In this document: positions 21,500 through 34,190 of the stretch, piece by piece
How positions within the stretch are numbered: position 1 is the first letter of the stretch
How the letters are laid out: the number at the start of each line of letters is the position of its first letter
Source of the DNA: Marsupella aquatica
Taxonomy: Eukaryota; Plantae; Marchantiophyta
Length of the DNA stretch: 64,000 bases
NCBI GenBank assembly: GCA_973895155.1
Contig: OZ316892.1
Coordinates: 4,238,510-4,302,509 of the forward strand
Direction: 5' to 3'
Notes under the pieces: generated by a model
Database searches by the model: none
Seen by the model: the letters and a program-made list of their open reading frames with translations, nothing else
What the model was told of the DNA's origin: nothing
Translations under genes and position numbers: made by a program

Positions 21500-23450
21500 T
21501 CGAGCGTGAGTGATGAGGTTGTCCCTCTTGATCGATGTACAGAGTCCGTAATCCACCATCAGCTCGAGCTTGTTGAGGATTACATGAGTAGATTCAATAA
21601 ACATCTGGTACAGACCACATTTTCCTTGAGCGCAGTTGTTATTTCAGGATCTCGTGGCCTCGAGATTCAATTTTGATGACGATTTCACGGTTGCACAGAA
21701 TTCAGAAGGAAAACTCTACGAAGCTATGCTGGATGCCTTCGGTTTGTTGAGAAGGTTGTCGAGATGCTCAGTCACGATGATCTTCTTCAAGCTGAACAAT
21801 CTGTCATGGATTCCTTCATATCACTCACACCGTGTATGAACTTCTGAACGCTCATTCTAAAATTCCTCTCACAAATCTGTTGCACGGGAGTACATCAGAT
21901 TTATTCGTTCCTTCATACATTCATTATTGGTCGACAGTTGGGCAATAGGGCTCGTCGATAACGATCGTCGACGTTTCCACATGCCCAGTAAACAATGATG
22001 CTCTGACGCCGTAGGCGCGTACAAAATCATGCTTCAACGTGCCTGGACTTTTGTCAAGAGATTGACAAAGGTGTCATTACAAAGGTCTAAGGAACTTTAG
22101 CACAAGGCAGAGAAGCGACTTAACAGCGCATGTCCTTAAATCTTCTTCGGAATCTGATATATCACAACATTGGAGAGAATCAAATTTGGTACAGGATTTA
22201 GTACATACATTGTTGACAAATTTCTTCAAATCTACATTCACGTCAAGTGTTCGCATTGTGTTCCAGAGAGCTACGAGGAATCACCAAAGTGGTGACAAAT
22301 GAAATGAAATATCCCGTCACTTGAAAACGTTTCCATTATTACGAGCTTCTCATCACGTCTAAGCATCTGATTTCAATTTAACAATTTGTGCATCATCCAT
22401 CTAAACAGAGCTTGGTGCCTGAGGTTTCTGGAGGACACTTGAACATCCCCTACTGATTTATACATAGTGAACTGGCATGTTAAATTGCACGAACTTTTAT
22501 GCCGCGCTCTGCGATGGTGGCAAAGTCCTGCAGTCTCTCGCTCAGATGAAATAACTCCTTGCGCTCACCTCTCCAACTGATATCCAGGCTCTTTTCGAGT
22601 AGACCTTCCGAAGCAATGTTCAGAAAACTGCTTGGATCGAGTGTAACGAACGTTAACAAGACGTACTGTTTGAACGCTGGATGTGAAAGTAGACAGCGCC
22701 CTTTCTTGGATGGAGAAGTAATTCGGCCATTGCCTGTTTTTATGTGAATATGATAATCTGACATGATCCATCGTTTGTGATTTCAGAAGTGGTGAGTAGC
22801 TCCAGAGGCAACGATCCACAGATTCATGCTACAGTGCGAACTGTTTCGACAAAGTCAAATGACTGAATACTACTACGTGGAAAATGAGAAGACAAAAATC
22901 GAACAATTGATTCTAGATCAGGATCAGGTCGAGATACCTCAGCACTATTGATCCTCTCGGTGATTGCCTTCATAATTGCTGGATTCGGTCGCCAGCCTTA
23001 GCTTCGAGCGCAGACGAGGAAGTTTGTACCAGCACTTTCCCTCCTTGTGTCCCGGCAGTCCGCAGGAGGTGCACTTGTCTCGTTTGCTGGTGGTTTGAAG
23101 TGCGGAGCCTCTTTCCCTGTTTCGTCTCTATCTATCCTCCCACTGACGTTATTTCATTCATGAGCGAATCCTTGGCAAATCCATCTCCCTCCGCATCTGT
23201 TCTCTCTTGTTGAGCGCCCCGTACTCGAAGTAAGGATCAAAGCCATCAACGAACTGAACCACCTGAATTTTGTCCTGAATGATGATTTCCATCGAAGCAC
23301 AGTGATCGAGAGCAGCTCGATACGTGAAACAGAACTGTTCAACATCTTCGCGCTTGTACTTGCAGCGAGCATAGCTATTCCAGACTTCCAGAAGGTGACA
23401 AGGCCCTTGTGTTTGGCACGTTTTACAGCAAAAGACTGAGTTGCTCATGA
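21500..23450 (-). mobile_element. Degenerate Ty1/Copia LTR retrotransposon internal region (gag, protease, probable integrase remnants)
   Basis: Minus-strand CX2CX4HX4C zinc knuckle CTSCGLPGHKEGKC (23032-23073), then WIVASGATHHF (Copia protease, cf. WILDSGASxHM, ~22790-22820) and IKTGNG. Many stops; the lower boundary is uncertain. Confidence 0.7.
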
Positions 23451-23745
23451 TGAAGACTCGAGATGCAAGAATGCAAGGTGCGAGAATTCAATGTGTCAAC
23501 AATAGGGCGTGTCAAAGGACATAAAACGTTCTTACTGCCAGGACACATTTGCTATGGGCTACTAAAATAGGTACCCCATGAGGACATTTGCTATGGGCTA
23601 CTAAAATAGGTACCCCATGAGGGTGGTACATCCAGCAAATAAAAGTCTTAACCAAAAGGACTCTGACGCGCACTAATGACAACTTTGTATCGAGACTAGG
23701 GTGGGTTAACGTTTACAAGAAATTAGGGGCCCATTGTTCTCTTAG

Positions 23746-26700
23746 TTTTTTTTTATAAGGTTTTTTTTTAAATAACCATTTATTCCACATGAACCCCACT
23801 GATGGGGGCACCCCGCAAGCCCAGAGGCAAAAGAACCCCATAAAGGGAAGAAAGACATAGGGGAATCCGTAAGAGCCAAGGAGAGCCCACAGTCATGGAT
23901 GAAAATACCATCAGAGAGTCACCAGACCCAAGAAAGTCAGCATGACAAGCATCCATAGGATCAACACTAAGCCAGACGACGGCGCAGAGCGAATCGCCAT
24001 GAAAAGGACCCGCAGAGACCCTGCGAGAGGAAGGCTCAGACTAAACTTAATACCAACAGATCGAAGCAGAGAAAGACTAGATGCGGGCCTCCAAATCTAA
24101 GTCCGCCCAGCACTACAAATTGACTCAATATAATAATCCTACTCCTCAAAATTCTATTACTTTCAATTGTCAAGAGTTCCTTGGCACCAGAGAGTCGAAG
24201 TAGTCTTTGAGAGTGGCCCGCAGCAGCTGCAACTGCAGTGAGATGGTCGAGCGTCTCGGAGATGACAAGATTTGTTCTCTTAGTTTTATTCACTATAAAC
24301 CCAAATGCCCATGTGTTGCACAATTAGCAAGGGCAACGCCCAGAGGGTCAAGCAAGGCGAGGTGAGGCGAGGCGAGGCCTAGAGAGCAAGGGCGAGACCA
24401 GGCTGGTGAGGCAGAGGGCAGGCAGGGCAGAGAGGGTGCATAGGGAGGCAGAGAGGACAAGGGAGAAGGTGGCTGAAAAATGTCTTTCATCTAATTCCCA
24501 TGAATTTCTTCTTTTTGCCTCAAAAAACTCAATGAAATCCATTCAAAAAGTCAGAATACAAAGAGGGGGGCCCAAAAGGGCCACCACCCGAGGGGGGGGG
24601 GACCGAACGTCGAAGTGCCGCAGCTGGTGGAGCCGGAACCAGGTAAGAAGCTGAGCCTCCGAAGAGGCAGCCAAACAAGAGATTTGGAAACTACAAACAG
24701 GAGCAGCACACTCCAAAGACCGGCCAGTGAACAGGGACCGGCGAGGTCCTGAATAGTGGGTCCGCGCTAGAAAACTAACAGTCTACCAGTAGTGCAGCCT
24801 CAAAACCCGTAAAACTAAAAAGCTCATGGTGGGTGTGGCGCCCGGTGTGGCGGGACTGGATGAACTTGAAGGATGTCCTCATGAACTGTGTGCCAAAGGC
24901 CAATCCAAGTACCATAAACATGTCGTGGTGTGCTTCGGCAAAGGTGATCTGCCCAATCCGAATGTTGGCCCGGCCGGTGTTTGGCCCAGTTGCGCTTGAG
25001 GTAAATGCTGAGGCGTTGCCAAGCCTTTTGAATGACACTGTGAGGATTGGGTCTAGTGTGTTCAAAGAAATGTTTACACCGATCCTTCCAAATGTGACAG
25101 CAGAGAATAGCCTTGAGTAGATGCCAAAGTTTCGCTGGGATGTCCCACGTTTCCGGAAGTGCAGCCCCGACAAAGATGTGAACAGGACTGGAGTAAGACT
25201 TGGCCTCCCTAAGAGAAAACGCACTGTTGAAGTGTGTCTTGTGCCCATATCCAGACCAATTGTGACACTGGGCACTCAAAGATACAGTGGACAATATCTT
25301 CGTGTTGGTTCAACTCGCATCTGGTGCACCAGGTAGCCGGATCAGTGGGCCGTAAACAAGGGAATCGCCAATGTTGTGATGTCGGGATACGATAAATTAG
25401 CTGCCACAAGTAGCAGGTCTCTCGAGCAGCATGGAAGGGGAGCCAGGTGCGAGTCCAGAGGGTTTCAAGGTCAGGAATCCAATTCAACCGTAATGCCCAC
25501 TTATGTATGGCCTTGTGTAAAGTTCCGGGGGGTCGGCCTTGGATTGCCCTTAAATGTGTGGTGGACGTATTCAGGAACGGAAGCCCATCCTTCCATTCAT
25601 ACTGGAGCAGAGGTGCTAGATGGCCGGTGGGCCGCCCGATGCGAAGTTGATGTGCAGCCTGAGCGCCCTACTTTCTGATCAAAACCCTGTGCAGAAGTGC
25701 CTCAGGAGGTGGAGCGAAAGTGTCCAGTTTGTGGAGACAATTGTTGATCACCTGGAACATCCGCTTTGCGGCTGTGGTATCCTGGGAAAATTGCCATTGC
25801 GTTGTAATATGTTGCCTCAAAGTTATGAATTCCCAAATGCACAGGTTACCATCCGAAAGCCATGCTTCCATGAAGATGGGGAGCCGTTTGGTAGGGTCGT
25901 TGTGGAGCTCCGGGACTCTCTTAAGATTGGCAAGCATCTTGCGATAGGCCCAAGCACAATTTCGGGGTAAGATCACCCTAGGCCCGTCCTCTCACCTCCG
26001 GAAGGCGCCCCGTGTATCTAGGATGTCTTGCATCAATTTGAAACCCGCCCTCTTAATTCTTCTCTGCGGGTTGCTGTGGCACTTCGCCCCGATGGAGTTA
26101 ATGTGGTTGAGATGAGGTCTCCAGAGGGGGAGGTGCCCCCATGCTTCCAAGTGATCCGGTGGTGTGGGCCGCAAATGCTACTTGGCGACGTTCCAGGCAG
26201 TGCAGACATTGACCCAAACTCGTGAGCCGGCTTGTGGAAGGGTGTGGCAGTGTGTAAACGCCCACGTGAAGTCATCAGGCCCCCATTTTTTCATAGAAAG
26301 TTGCTTAATTTGGGATTGAAGAATGCGTCTCAAGGGATGATCAGGGCCAAATTCATCATCGCGGGCCACCCTAATTGATCCAAACTCCCATCAGCCAAAG
26401 CCCAGATGATGAAGCTCCCAGCTAGAGCTCTGAATTGTGCCACCAGGGAGATCAGGCCTAGCCCCCCTGGCTCCTGGGTTTGGTGATAGTGGCAAAATCA
26501 ACCCAGGCCCTAGTCTTTGTGTTTTGCCCTGCCCACACGAATGCTGTAATTTTCTTCTGCAAGCTGTCTAACGTGCTCAGCTGCCCTGCCCAGACAGTAA
26601 GGGAGAACCATAGAGTGCTTAAAACCAGGTGATTTGCAATTGTAACCCAGGCTATCAGCGAACCTGAGGTCTTACGAACCTGATCCAGTTTCGATTCCAG

Positions 26701-27275
26701 CTTTTCAGAGAGATTATGAACCATTTGATGTTCTGAAATCTGCTGTGCTAGAGGTATGTCGAGGAGCTTAGTGGCGCAAAGTTCATCTTCCCACTTCCAT
26801 GGCAGCCGACGAAATTCAATAGGGATACATCGTGGCGAAATGTAGGCAGCCTTGGTTTTCTCCCAAGCACAAAACGAGGCACAAAACAGGCCTGATGCCA
26901 TGCCAAAGCGGTCAAGCACCAACTTGCTTAGAACTGTCCATGAATTGCATCGCTGCCCGAATGAGTAAGGCTAAATCATCCGCAAACAAATTGTGAACAT
27001 TATGGACAGCCAAGTGTTGAATGTCAACCCCTTGAATGGAGCCCCTGCAGACTTCTCTGCTCAAAATGCAGCTGAGGGAGTCGATCGCGATGAGAAATAG
27101 CAGAGGGGACAAGGGACAGCCCTGTCTCACTGACCGAGCGAGCTTAAAGGGTGATGCCATCCTCCCGTTGATCAATCCTGCCGAGGATGCAGAGGCGTGA
27201 GATGCCTTCAGGAAACGCATGAGAAGCCCAGCAAACCCCGTCTTCTCTAGGATTGCAAGCAAGAAACATGAATTT
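23746..27275 (-). mobile_element. 5'-truncated, frameshifted L1/Tx1-type LINE (RT, zf-RVT, 3' region, poly(A)-like tail)
   Basis: RSVRQGCPLSPLLF, LFADD, ITKPRSQGG and CTRCELNQHEDIVHCIFECP on the minus strand. The T-run at 23746-23770 may be the tail; the link between 23770 and 24780 is inferred. Confidence 0.8.
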
Positions 27276-27437
27276 CTTTTTGACCAGATGGCAATTTGTA
27301 AACAAACAATTGGGCAGAATGGGCAGAATGGGTGGGATTGGATATTATAGTGTGTAGACAATGTTAAATGTGGACCATATAGTGAATGGAAATGACTGCA
27401 GTTGGCTTTACAATAACTTGGGGGCTCATTTGGGTAT

Positions 27438-27661
27438 GGTGTCTAGATATCCTACATGGCAAGCAATGGACCCCCAAATAAATACTGATGTGGAGTGTTT
27501 GTCTTGTCTAGAGTTTTAAACCACTTCACAGGTGGTCCAAATATTTAAAGGTGTCTAGATATCCTACATGGCAAGCAATGGACCCCCAAAATAAATACTG
27601 ATGTGGAGTGTTTGTCTTGTCTAGAGTTTTAAACCACTTCACAGGTGGTCCAAATATTTAA
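27438..27661. repeat. 112-bp tandem duplication
   Basis: ggtgtctagatatcctacatgg...ccaaatatttaaa is repeated. Confidence 0.9.
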
Positions 27662-28667
27662 AAGCTCTGGCTCCTTGATTCAAGGGATTTGCATTACATA
27701 TTGAACTTACTTCATTTCAAAAGCATTTGGTTTAATGTTCATCTATCTTTAGAACAGGAAGTGGCCCTCTTAGGTGGAAAAAACTCACTAGTGTTTGGAA
27801 GTCTTGCAAAGATGTCATGCAGTGATTTTGTGCTGAATCACTGCTGCTTTTGTGTCAGATCATCACTTTTAAAATATTTAATCATCCATATATTTGACCA
27901 TAGGTATCCAGTGTTTTTTGTGTCCAATGAGACATTTGAAAATTTTGAGCACAGATCAGTACTTCAGGTTAACTTCCCTTATTGGTGGGAGTTTTCCAAC
28001 ATAGGTTGTCCAGATTGCTATTGACATGTCTGACTGGGACACTATTGCTTTTCAAACACCAGAACACACAGATAGCAAAGAGTCTTCAGCAGATGGACCA
28101 GTTGATGTCTAGGTCTCTCTACTTAAACTATCTTCAAGCTTGGTTCAAATGAATCTACAGTAAGTTACTTTTAGGCGACATATATAATCAGGTATACCCA
28201 GATAAAAAGGGAAATCGGAAGTTCTTTTTCATACTGAGATTTCATATGAATTAGTTGCAATGAATGTTTGCAAGAAGGTCAAATAGATGGTGTGCTCTAT
28301 CTGAGGGTGGCAGTATATATTTTGCCACTCGTTTATACATAAGCAGTTTAATTGCTTATATTACAGAATGTTTGATTTACGCTAAGAAGGATTGTTTAAT
28401 TGATTCTAGTTTAATTGCTAATTTGCCATCTTTTCCACTCTTGGTTATGCAAAGTGATTATAGTCAAGCAATTCAACTGTCAGCATCCTACCAGGATTTC
28501 CTAGGAGTGACTGGGGGGGGGGGTTTAACTGAAGTTGGGGATGCAAGTGAAAATTGGGGTTAAGGTGAGTCTTTGAAAATGGCGCAGCAGGCTTGAATGT
28601 TCTCACATCTATTTCTGTTCAAAGAAGGAACACTCAAACTTGTAATAAGCAGACCAAAACCAACTAA

Positions 28668-28801
28668 ATATATAATTAGACCAAAAAAGAATGTCACCAA
28701 AAACGAATGGTGAAATATATAATTTGACCAAAAAAGAGTGTCGCAGTAGTACATCGCATATATAATTTGACCAAAAAAGAGTGTCGCAGTAGTACATCGC
28801 A
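28668..28801. repeat. ~42-bp tandem repeat, 3 copies
   Basis: Unit atataatttgaccaaaaaagagtgtcgcagtagtacatcgc. Confidence 0.85.
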
Positions 28802-30399
28802 CTTCAGATAATTATGTATTCTGTTTAAGGAATCTCTTAATTAAACCTACACTAGCCAAACTGCCACTAGCCATTTAAAACGGGGAAGTGTCCAAGACTG
28901 CTATCTTTTCCACTTTTCTCTCATTCTTCTCCTCTTCCCTTCCATATTGCTCCATTCCCTTCCACATTGCTCCACACATTTAGGAAAGGATACTATTCCA
29001 TTCCATTCCATATTGCTTCATAAGATACTAATGGTGAAACCTAGTGGAACCAAGTTTTTGTCATGGCTACTGGTGGTTTTTGGGTTGTTTAGGCTTACCG
29101 TAGCACCACTTGCTACATTGCACCAATGTAAGTGCATTCTTCCTTCATTCATTCAGCATTTCTAATGTCTACACTAACGATCAATTAGACAAAGTTTTCA
29201 GTTCCCACAAGAGTTACTTTCATTACAAATCCGACTGTTTCCTCCAGGATGATTTCTGTCAACAACTTTTGTTTACAACGTTGAAGCAGGGAACGGAGGC
29301 CTACTATAAACAGTAGAAGATAGGGAATCGAAGCTTACCCACCTGATCGAGGATGCCAGGAACAGAGAACAAACACAGCAAGCTGCTCAGGAAGAGGTCC
29401 TGAAGCGCTGGAATCTCATAGGGGAGTAGTAGTTACAGGGGAAGCAAACGAACCCACTATGCATCAAGCTTATTATCTAAGCTTGAGTTCACCTCCAGGG
29501 AGAAAAGTAGCGTTGGGAGTCAAGCAAGGGCCTTCTTCAACAGCTGCTCCTTTCGTGGGGCGTCCCGTTACTTCAGCATTTGGGACGAGCAAGAGAGAAG
29601 AAGTGTCATTTCCAGCACGACGTGGCTGAGGGATACGTGGAGTTGCTGACGTTATTGGAAATGCTCGCTCGCTAGACTATTCTCTTGAGACCTTTCGTGA
29701 TGCAGAGGTGCCCAAAAGTTGTGGAGAATTTTGTCTGGACTGGAAGACGGATGCAATGATACAGAGGAGTTGTGAGACGGGCACCAGCTTGCGAGTTGCG
29801 GTGCTTGTCGGTGTTTAGTGGACAGCAGAGTTGCTTTGCGGCTTCTCTGTGAGGGTGGACACTCTTGCACTGCCTTCGACCTCAAAATTGGGTTTCAGGT
29901 TCGTAAAAATTCAAGATTCTTGGGACCATTTGCAGTCGAGTCTTTCCCGATTTGAAACTACTGTGTGCGATAGTGATAGTTAGCATCATGGATTATGTGA
30001 AAAATGAAACCTCGTAATGTGAAGTAGAGTTGTCTAGTTATTTTCTGGCAGAGTTGGATTGAAATGCGTTCTTGATAAAGGTGCAGGAAGACTTCGAAAA
30101 AATTTGGTCAGCCTACCCATGGGAAGAGGACCTGACCTTCGCACAAGAAGTGTGCGAAGTATGCGATGAGGTGATTTTTGTCAAGTTTCAAGCTCCCGAA
30201 GTTCATCCAAACTAATATATCTTGTGTTTATTTCTAAGACAGTGTGTTGTATATAGGCACCAAGCGTATATACTTCTGCTTTAACTCGGAATCGTTTCAG
30301 GTTTCTGAAAGCATCTCGGAGATAAATCTGGCTTGCTCGTGTTTTGGAACTATTTCTTGGCAACTTAGACAACTTAGAAATATATTCATAACGGTTACA

Positions 30400-33300
30400 G
30401 TAGACGTGTAATTTCCTCTGAAGCCCATGATTCAAAACTGTCCGTGATAGTCTCCTATCATACGGCTCCCAATCCGGACATACTTTGCAACCCAAGGATC
30501 AGCTTGGTAAGTTTTCAGATTGGGAATTTTCTTAGGTTTGTCATATAAGATATCCGTCTTCTCGGAGTAACAGAACTGAAGACCCTGATTGTTGAAATTA
30601 TAAGGACGAGTAAAGAGAAGATGGGAATACACTGTTACATGGCACCATTCTATATTTGTGTAATTTTTAAGCCTTAGAAGCATGTGTCCAACACCGTATT
30701 TGACAACGGGTACGTTTTCTAATTATGTAAAGGTAACGTGAGGCAAGATATCACGTGCCTTCGAGTACCTTATGTGACTCTCAGGAGAATTTTTGGAGAA
30801 CGTAACAGATGAAAAACAATTACAGGGTGGCTTCAGGGCACTATGCACGGATCAAGAGAGTAGTTAGCGATAGTGACATACAGTTGACACAAATTCATCG
30901 TTCTTTTGATGAGGTAGGAAGTGCGTTTTCTAAAAATCTGAAATCGTTAAGTATTTTGATTGAAATTGCATGCATTGTAATTCAGATCAATGACAGGTAG
31001 TACTCCGCAAACGGATTTCAAGCTTGGATCCGAAGATATGTCCGTCAATGAATAGATGTATCTGATCTCTTCCGACTGCAATTATAGTTACTCATCTGAG
31101 GACATCTGGAAGGCAAAGATGGTCTCGCCACTTTAACGTAGACTTCCTTTAAACAAAAATAGATTTGTTTTATTCAGTATCTGCTTTGTTCTGTCTTCAG
31201 GTCGAAGTCCGTAAGGTTGCAATGGGTCTCGCCAATAAGCAACGAAAGGATTCCCATGGTATTTGCTTTCTCGACAAGGTAAGATTCTCGAGAGCTCTGT
31301 CTTCTCAATGTTTCAGTTGAAGGGCTTGAATTGCAGTTTCTAATTGTTGGTCAACTCCACCCTTGGTATGGTTTATTTTTCTCACCTTGCTGCCTTTGTT
31401 AGTATGCAGGTGAAGTTCAGTGAGTTCATAGCCAGGCATCTGGTGAAAAAGAAGGGTGCTTGTTGGAAGCAGAGACTGGTGAGCTTCTAGGTAGACACAA
31501 GGGGTTCTGTTTCTACACCATTGGACAACTGTAAGGGATTGGCCTCTCCAACGGACCTTGGTATGTAATTCACATTAACTTGGAGCCCGCAGACTGATGG
31601 GAGGGAATGCAGCGGCTCCCTGGGAAATGGGTCCCATGCTGTTGTGCTTCTGAGAGATCAACAAAGAAATGGTATAGTAGTCTTCTTGCACTAATTGAGA
31701 TGGCCAAAAAATTAACGGGCCTTTTGGAATTATCTACGATGGCTGTAATGCTCCCCAGAAAAGCGTTTGTCAACTTGAATGTAACCTCTATGATTTCGAA
31801 AAAGTTATCCTGGTGCCTGTAGGTTTGTCTGGCAAGGGATGTGGATCACAATGTAAATTTTGTTTCAGATAGATTCTTTTACAGCACTGAAGCGGCGTTC
31901 AGTTCGGGTGGGTTCGTTCAACTGGGCACCTGGATCCCTTCCCTCGACCTTGGTGAACCTTTGCTGCAAGGTACGTAACCGATTACATTCGGTGCCGATA
32001 GGATTCCTGGTTCCTAACCAAAAGTCTCTAATTAAATCTTGTGAAATGTCGGTGTGAAGGTTTGGAGCCACCCACGAATAACTACATGCTCATAGTCAAC
32101 ATTTTCATTTCAGTAGATGACTCGAAGCTTAGTGCCAGTTCCTTATTGCCTCTATGGGTCCATAGTTTGAAATCCATTACTGAGGCTTGCCACTTCGACA
32201 AATGAAATAGATATGAGATACCTGAAATCTAGTCTTAACCTTCCAAAGTTTGATAGACCTCAATCACTGGTGTCCATGTGAGAGGCGATTAGGGAACCGC
32301 CAGATAATCTGGAGAGATGTTTGGCCGCTTCCCAAATTGGAATTTCTGTTTGCTCCCTCCCCAGTGGTCAATTTGTGCCCACACTAGTGTCTTATTAATG
32401 TTTTCTGTAGGTCATAGAACGACATGTCCCCTAATATATTTTTGCAAAGCAGACTCTGGAGTGTAAGCAATGAGACAGTGTTGTGCCATTGTTATATGTA
32501 GGTCAGTCATGGTGCTCTCTCAGATTTCTACTTTTAATTATCTTCAGAATTCAGCCATTTATGAGTTCAGTAGATTTTCCTTTAGCTCCGCGACTTAGTG
32601 TACCGAACTCTGTTATAAAATCATCGAGGAAAGTAAGTTGATCTGTGTTTGCGGGTCGGACATGGTCCACGATTCTATTACTGCACGATAAACTTCGATG
32701 AATCTGCTTTTAGCGGGACGATGGCGATGGCAGATAGCCAAAACTTCTCAACGGCAGTAGTAAACTTAGCAAGGATGATCAAGGCCTTGCACCTGGGCAG
32801 TGTGCCGCCTTATATCAGGATGGCGTCTGTATGGTTCCGGAATTATATTCCAGGCTTGAGGGGAAGAGATGTGCCTGAACGTTTCTGCTAGAGCTTTAGA
32901 AGTAGCTGGAGTGTGCAACAGTCCTCAATTTTTGAAGGATCGTAATGGAAGTAAGCATAAGGCAGGTAGAATTGGTACCAGGGGGTAGTGCAGTTGTTGA
33001 ATCTGGAGAGGAGAAACGCTCAGGGATCAATTCTAGCAAGAACGGGCCAAGGCTATTAAAATTATTCAAAACACAGGCTTGCAAACTGAGAAACACACCA
33101 AAGAAAGTGATGCAGGTGTGTTTCCTTTCTCTTTGCTGTCAAGACTGTTCTCCTGGTTACGAACTCAATAACCACAATTGTTACTGCTGTGGAATAGTAT
33201 GTGATGTCTTGCATTCATAAGAGTGAGTTGAGACAGCCCTGACAGACGAATTGTTTCCAGGATCTGACGACAGATTTAATGCCACGTTTGACAGAATTGT

Positions 33301-33400
33301 AAGTGCGAAGTTGCACTTCTAGTTCCAACACTGGTAGATCCATGATCGTCATAGGAAAGAGTGTTGAAAATGCTTGGGAGCTTGTGTATTGTAAGGAGAG
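30400..33400 (-). pseudogene. Highly decayed group II intron RT/maturase-like relic upstream of domain V
   Basis: Ordered degenerate motifs: LRTYNSVKRGIKSVVRSWKQFVCQ (RT1/2-like), TILQK-KIEDCCTLQLLLKL (~32890-32945), GT...ILAK....VEKF (~32741-32810), FLDDFI (~32617-32632, YADD position), IRGW (32068-32079, domain X-like). Confidence 0.5.
30435..30468 (-). ncRNA. Group II intron domain V-like hairpin
   Basis: The minus strand reads GAGCCGTA-TGATAG-GAGA-CTATCA-CG-GACAGTTT. It is 34 nt with an AGC triad, a perfect distal stem, a GNRA loop and a 2-nt bulge; the basal stem is partly decayed. Confidence 0.7.
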
Positions 33401-33567
33401 AGTTTACGTGTACTCCACTTCTTTACTTCCCACTCTCAACTTCATGCAAGTTGGGAATCAGTTGTTCAGGACTCCATCTAAAACTAGGTGAGTACATCAC
33501 TCATCAAAACGCCTAGCACAATTCGAAGTTCATTCAAAATTTGAAAAATTCCCCATGCTTGTCTTGC

Positions 33568-33693
33568 TCACAAGCTTGATTAAATATCAAAACTTTTTGC
33601 TACAGGACAAATGAAGCTTATGGTTTCACACCACAAGCTTGATTAAATATCAAAACTTTTTGCTACAGGACAAATGAAGCTTATGGTTTCACA
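33568..33693. repeat. ~62-bp tandem duplication
   Basis: cacaagcttgattaaatatcaaaac...atggtttcacac occurs twice. Confidence 0.9.
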
Positions 33694-34095
33694 CTAAGGA
33701 GTAGATCATGAATGGTAGACTTCTATCACATATTATAATATAGATTATTAAAATTATGAATTGGTAGACTTCAAGCATGAATTACAGTATGGATTACAAG
33801 GTTTCCCTGGCTTGGGTTTTGGGCGAGTTGTATGGCCTCTCTGTGGGATTGGCATTGAGTTGTGTAGGTGTTGTACCCACTTGTAAATCCTATCTTGCAA
33901 GAAATAACTTCTTATGTCTATCCATGGAAGAAAATATTCCTCATTAGATTTCCCAAAATGCACTTTGATCTCACTTGCCTTCTCTCAAAAGGTATTGTAA
34001 ATTATCATATAGTCACAAATTATCATATAGTCACATGGAAACAAACATCTAACAATGTTTTTTTTTTCAAATAATTTTAAGGAGAAATCTGTACC

Positions 34096-34190
34096 TGAAA
34101 CCCCACAGCAAGGGTAGTCACAACAATTGAACCCAAGATTTATCAGTCTCCACTCAGACTAACTACCACTAAGCCATGCCTCTCTGGGCT
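34096..34190 (-). mobile_element. tRNA-derived SINE-like head (second copy at ~34893-34991)
   Basis: Minus strand has A-box-like TGGCTTAGTGG and B-box-like GGTTCAATT. Two similar copies both end in gccatgcctctctgggc on the plus strand. Confidence 0.55.

Noticed and set aside
29300-33500. Gypsy element or endogenous RNA virus interpretation
   Set aside because: No integrase, RNase H or RdRp motifs found; the domain V hairpin and ordered maturase-like motifs fit better.
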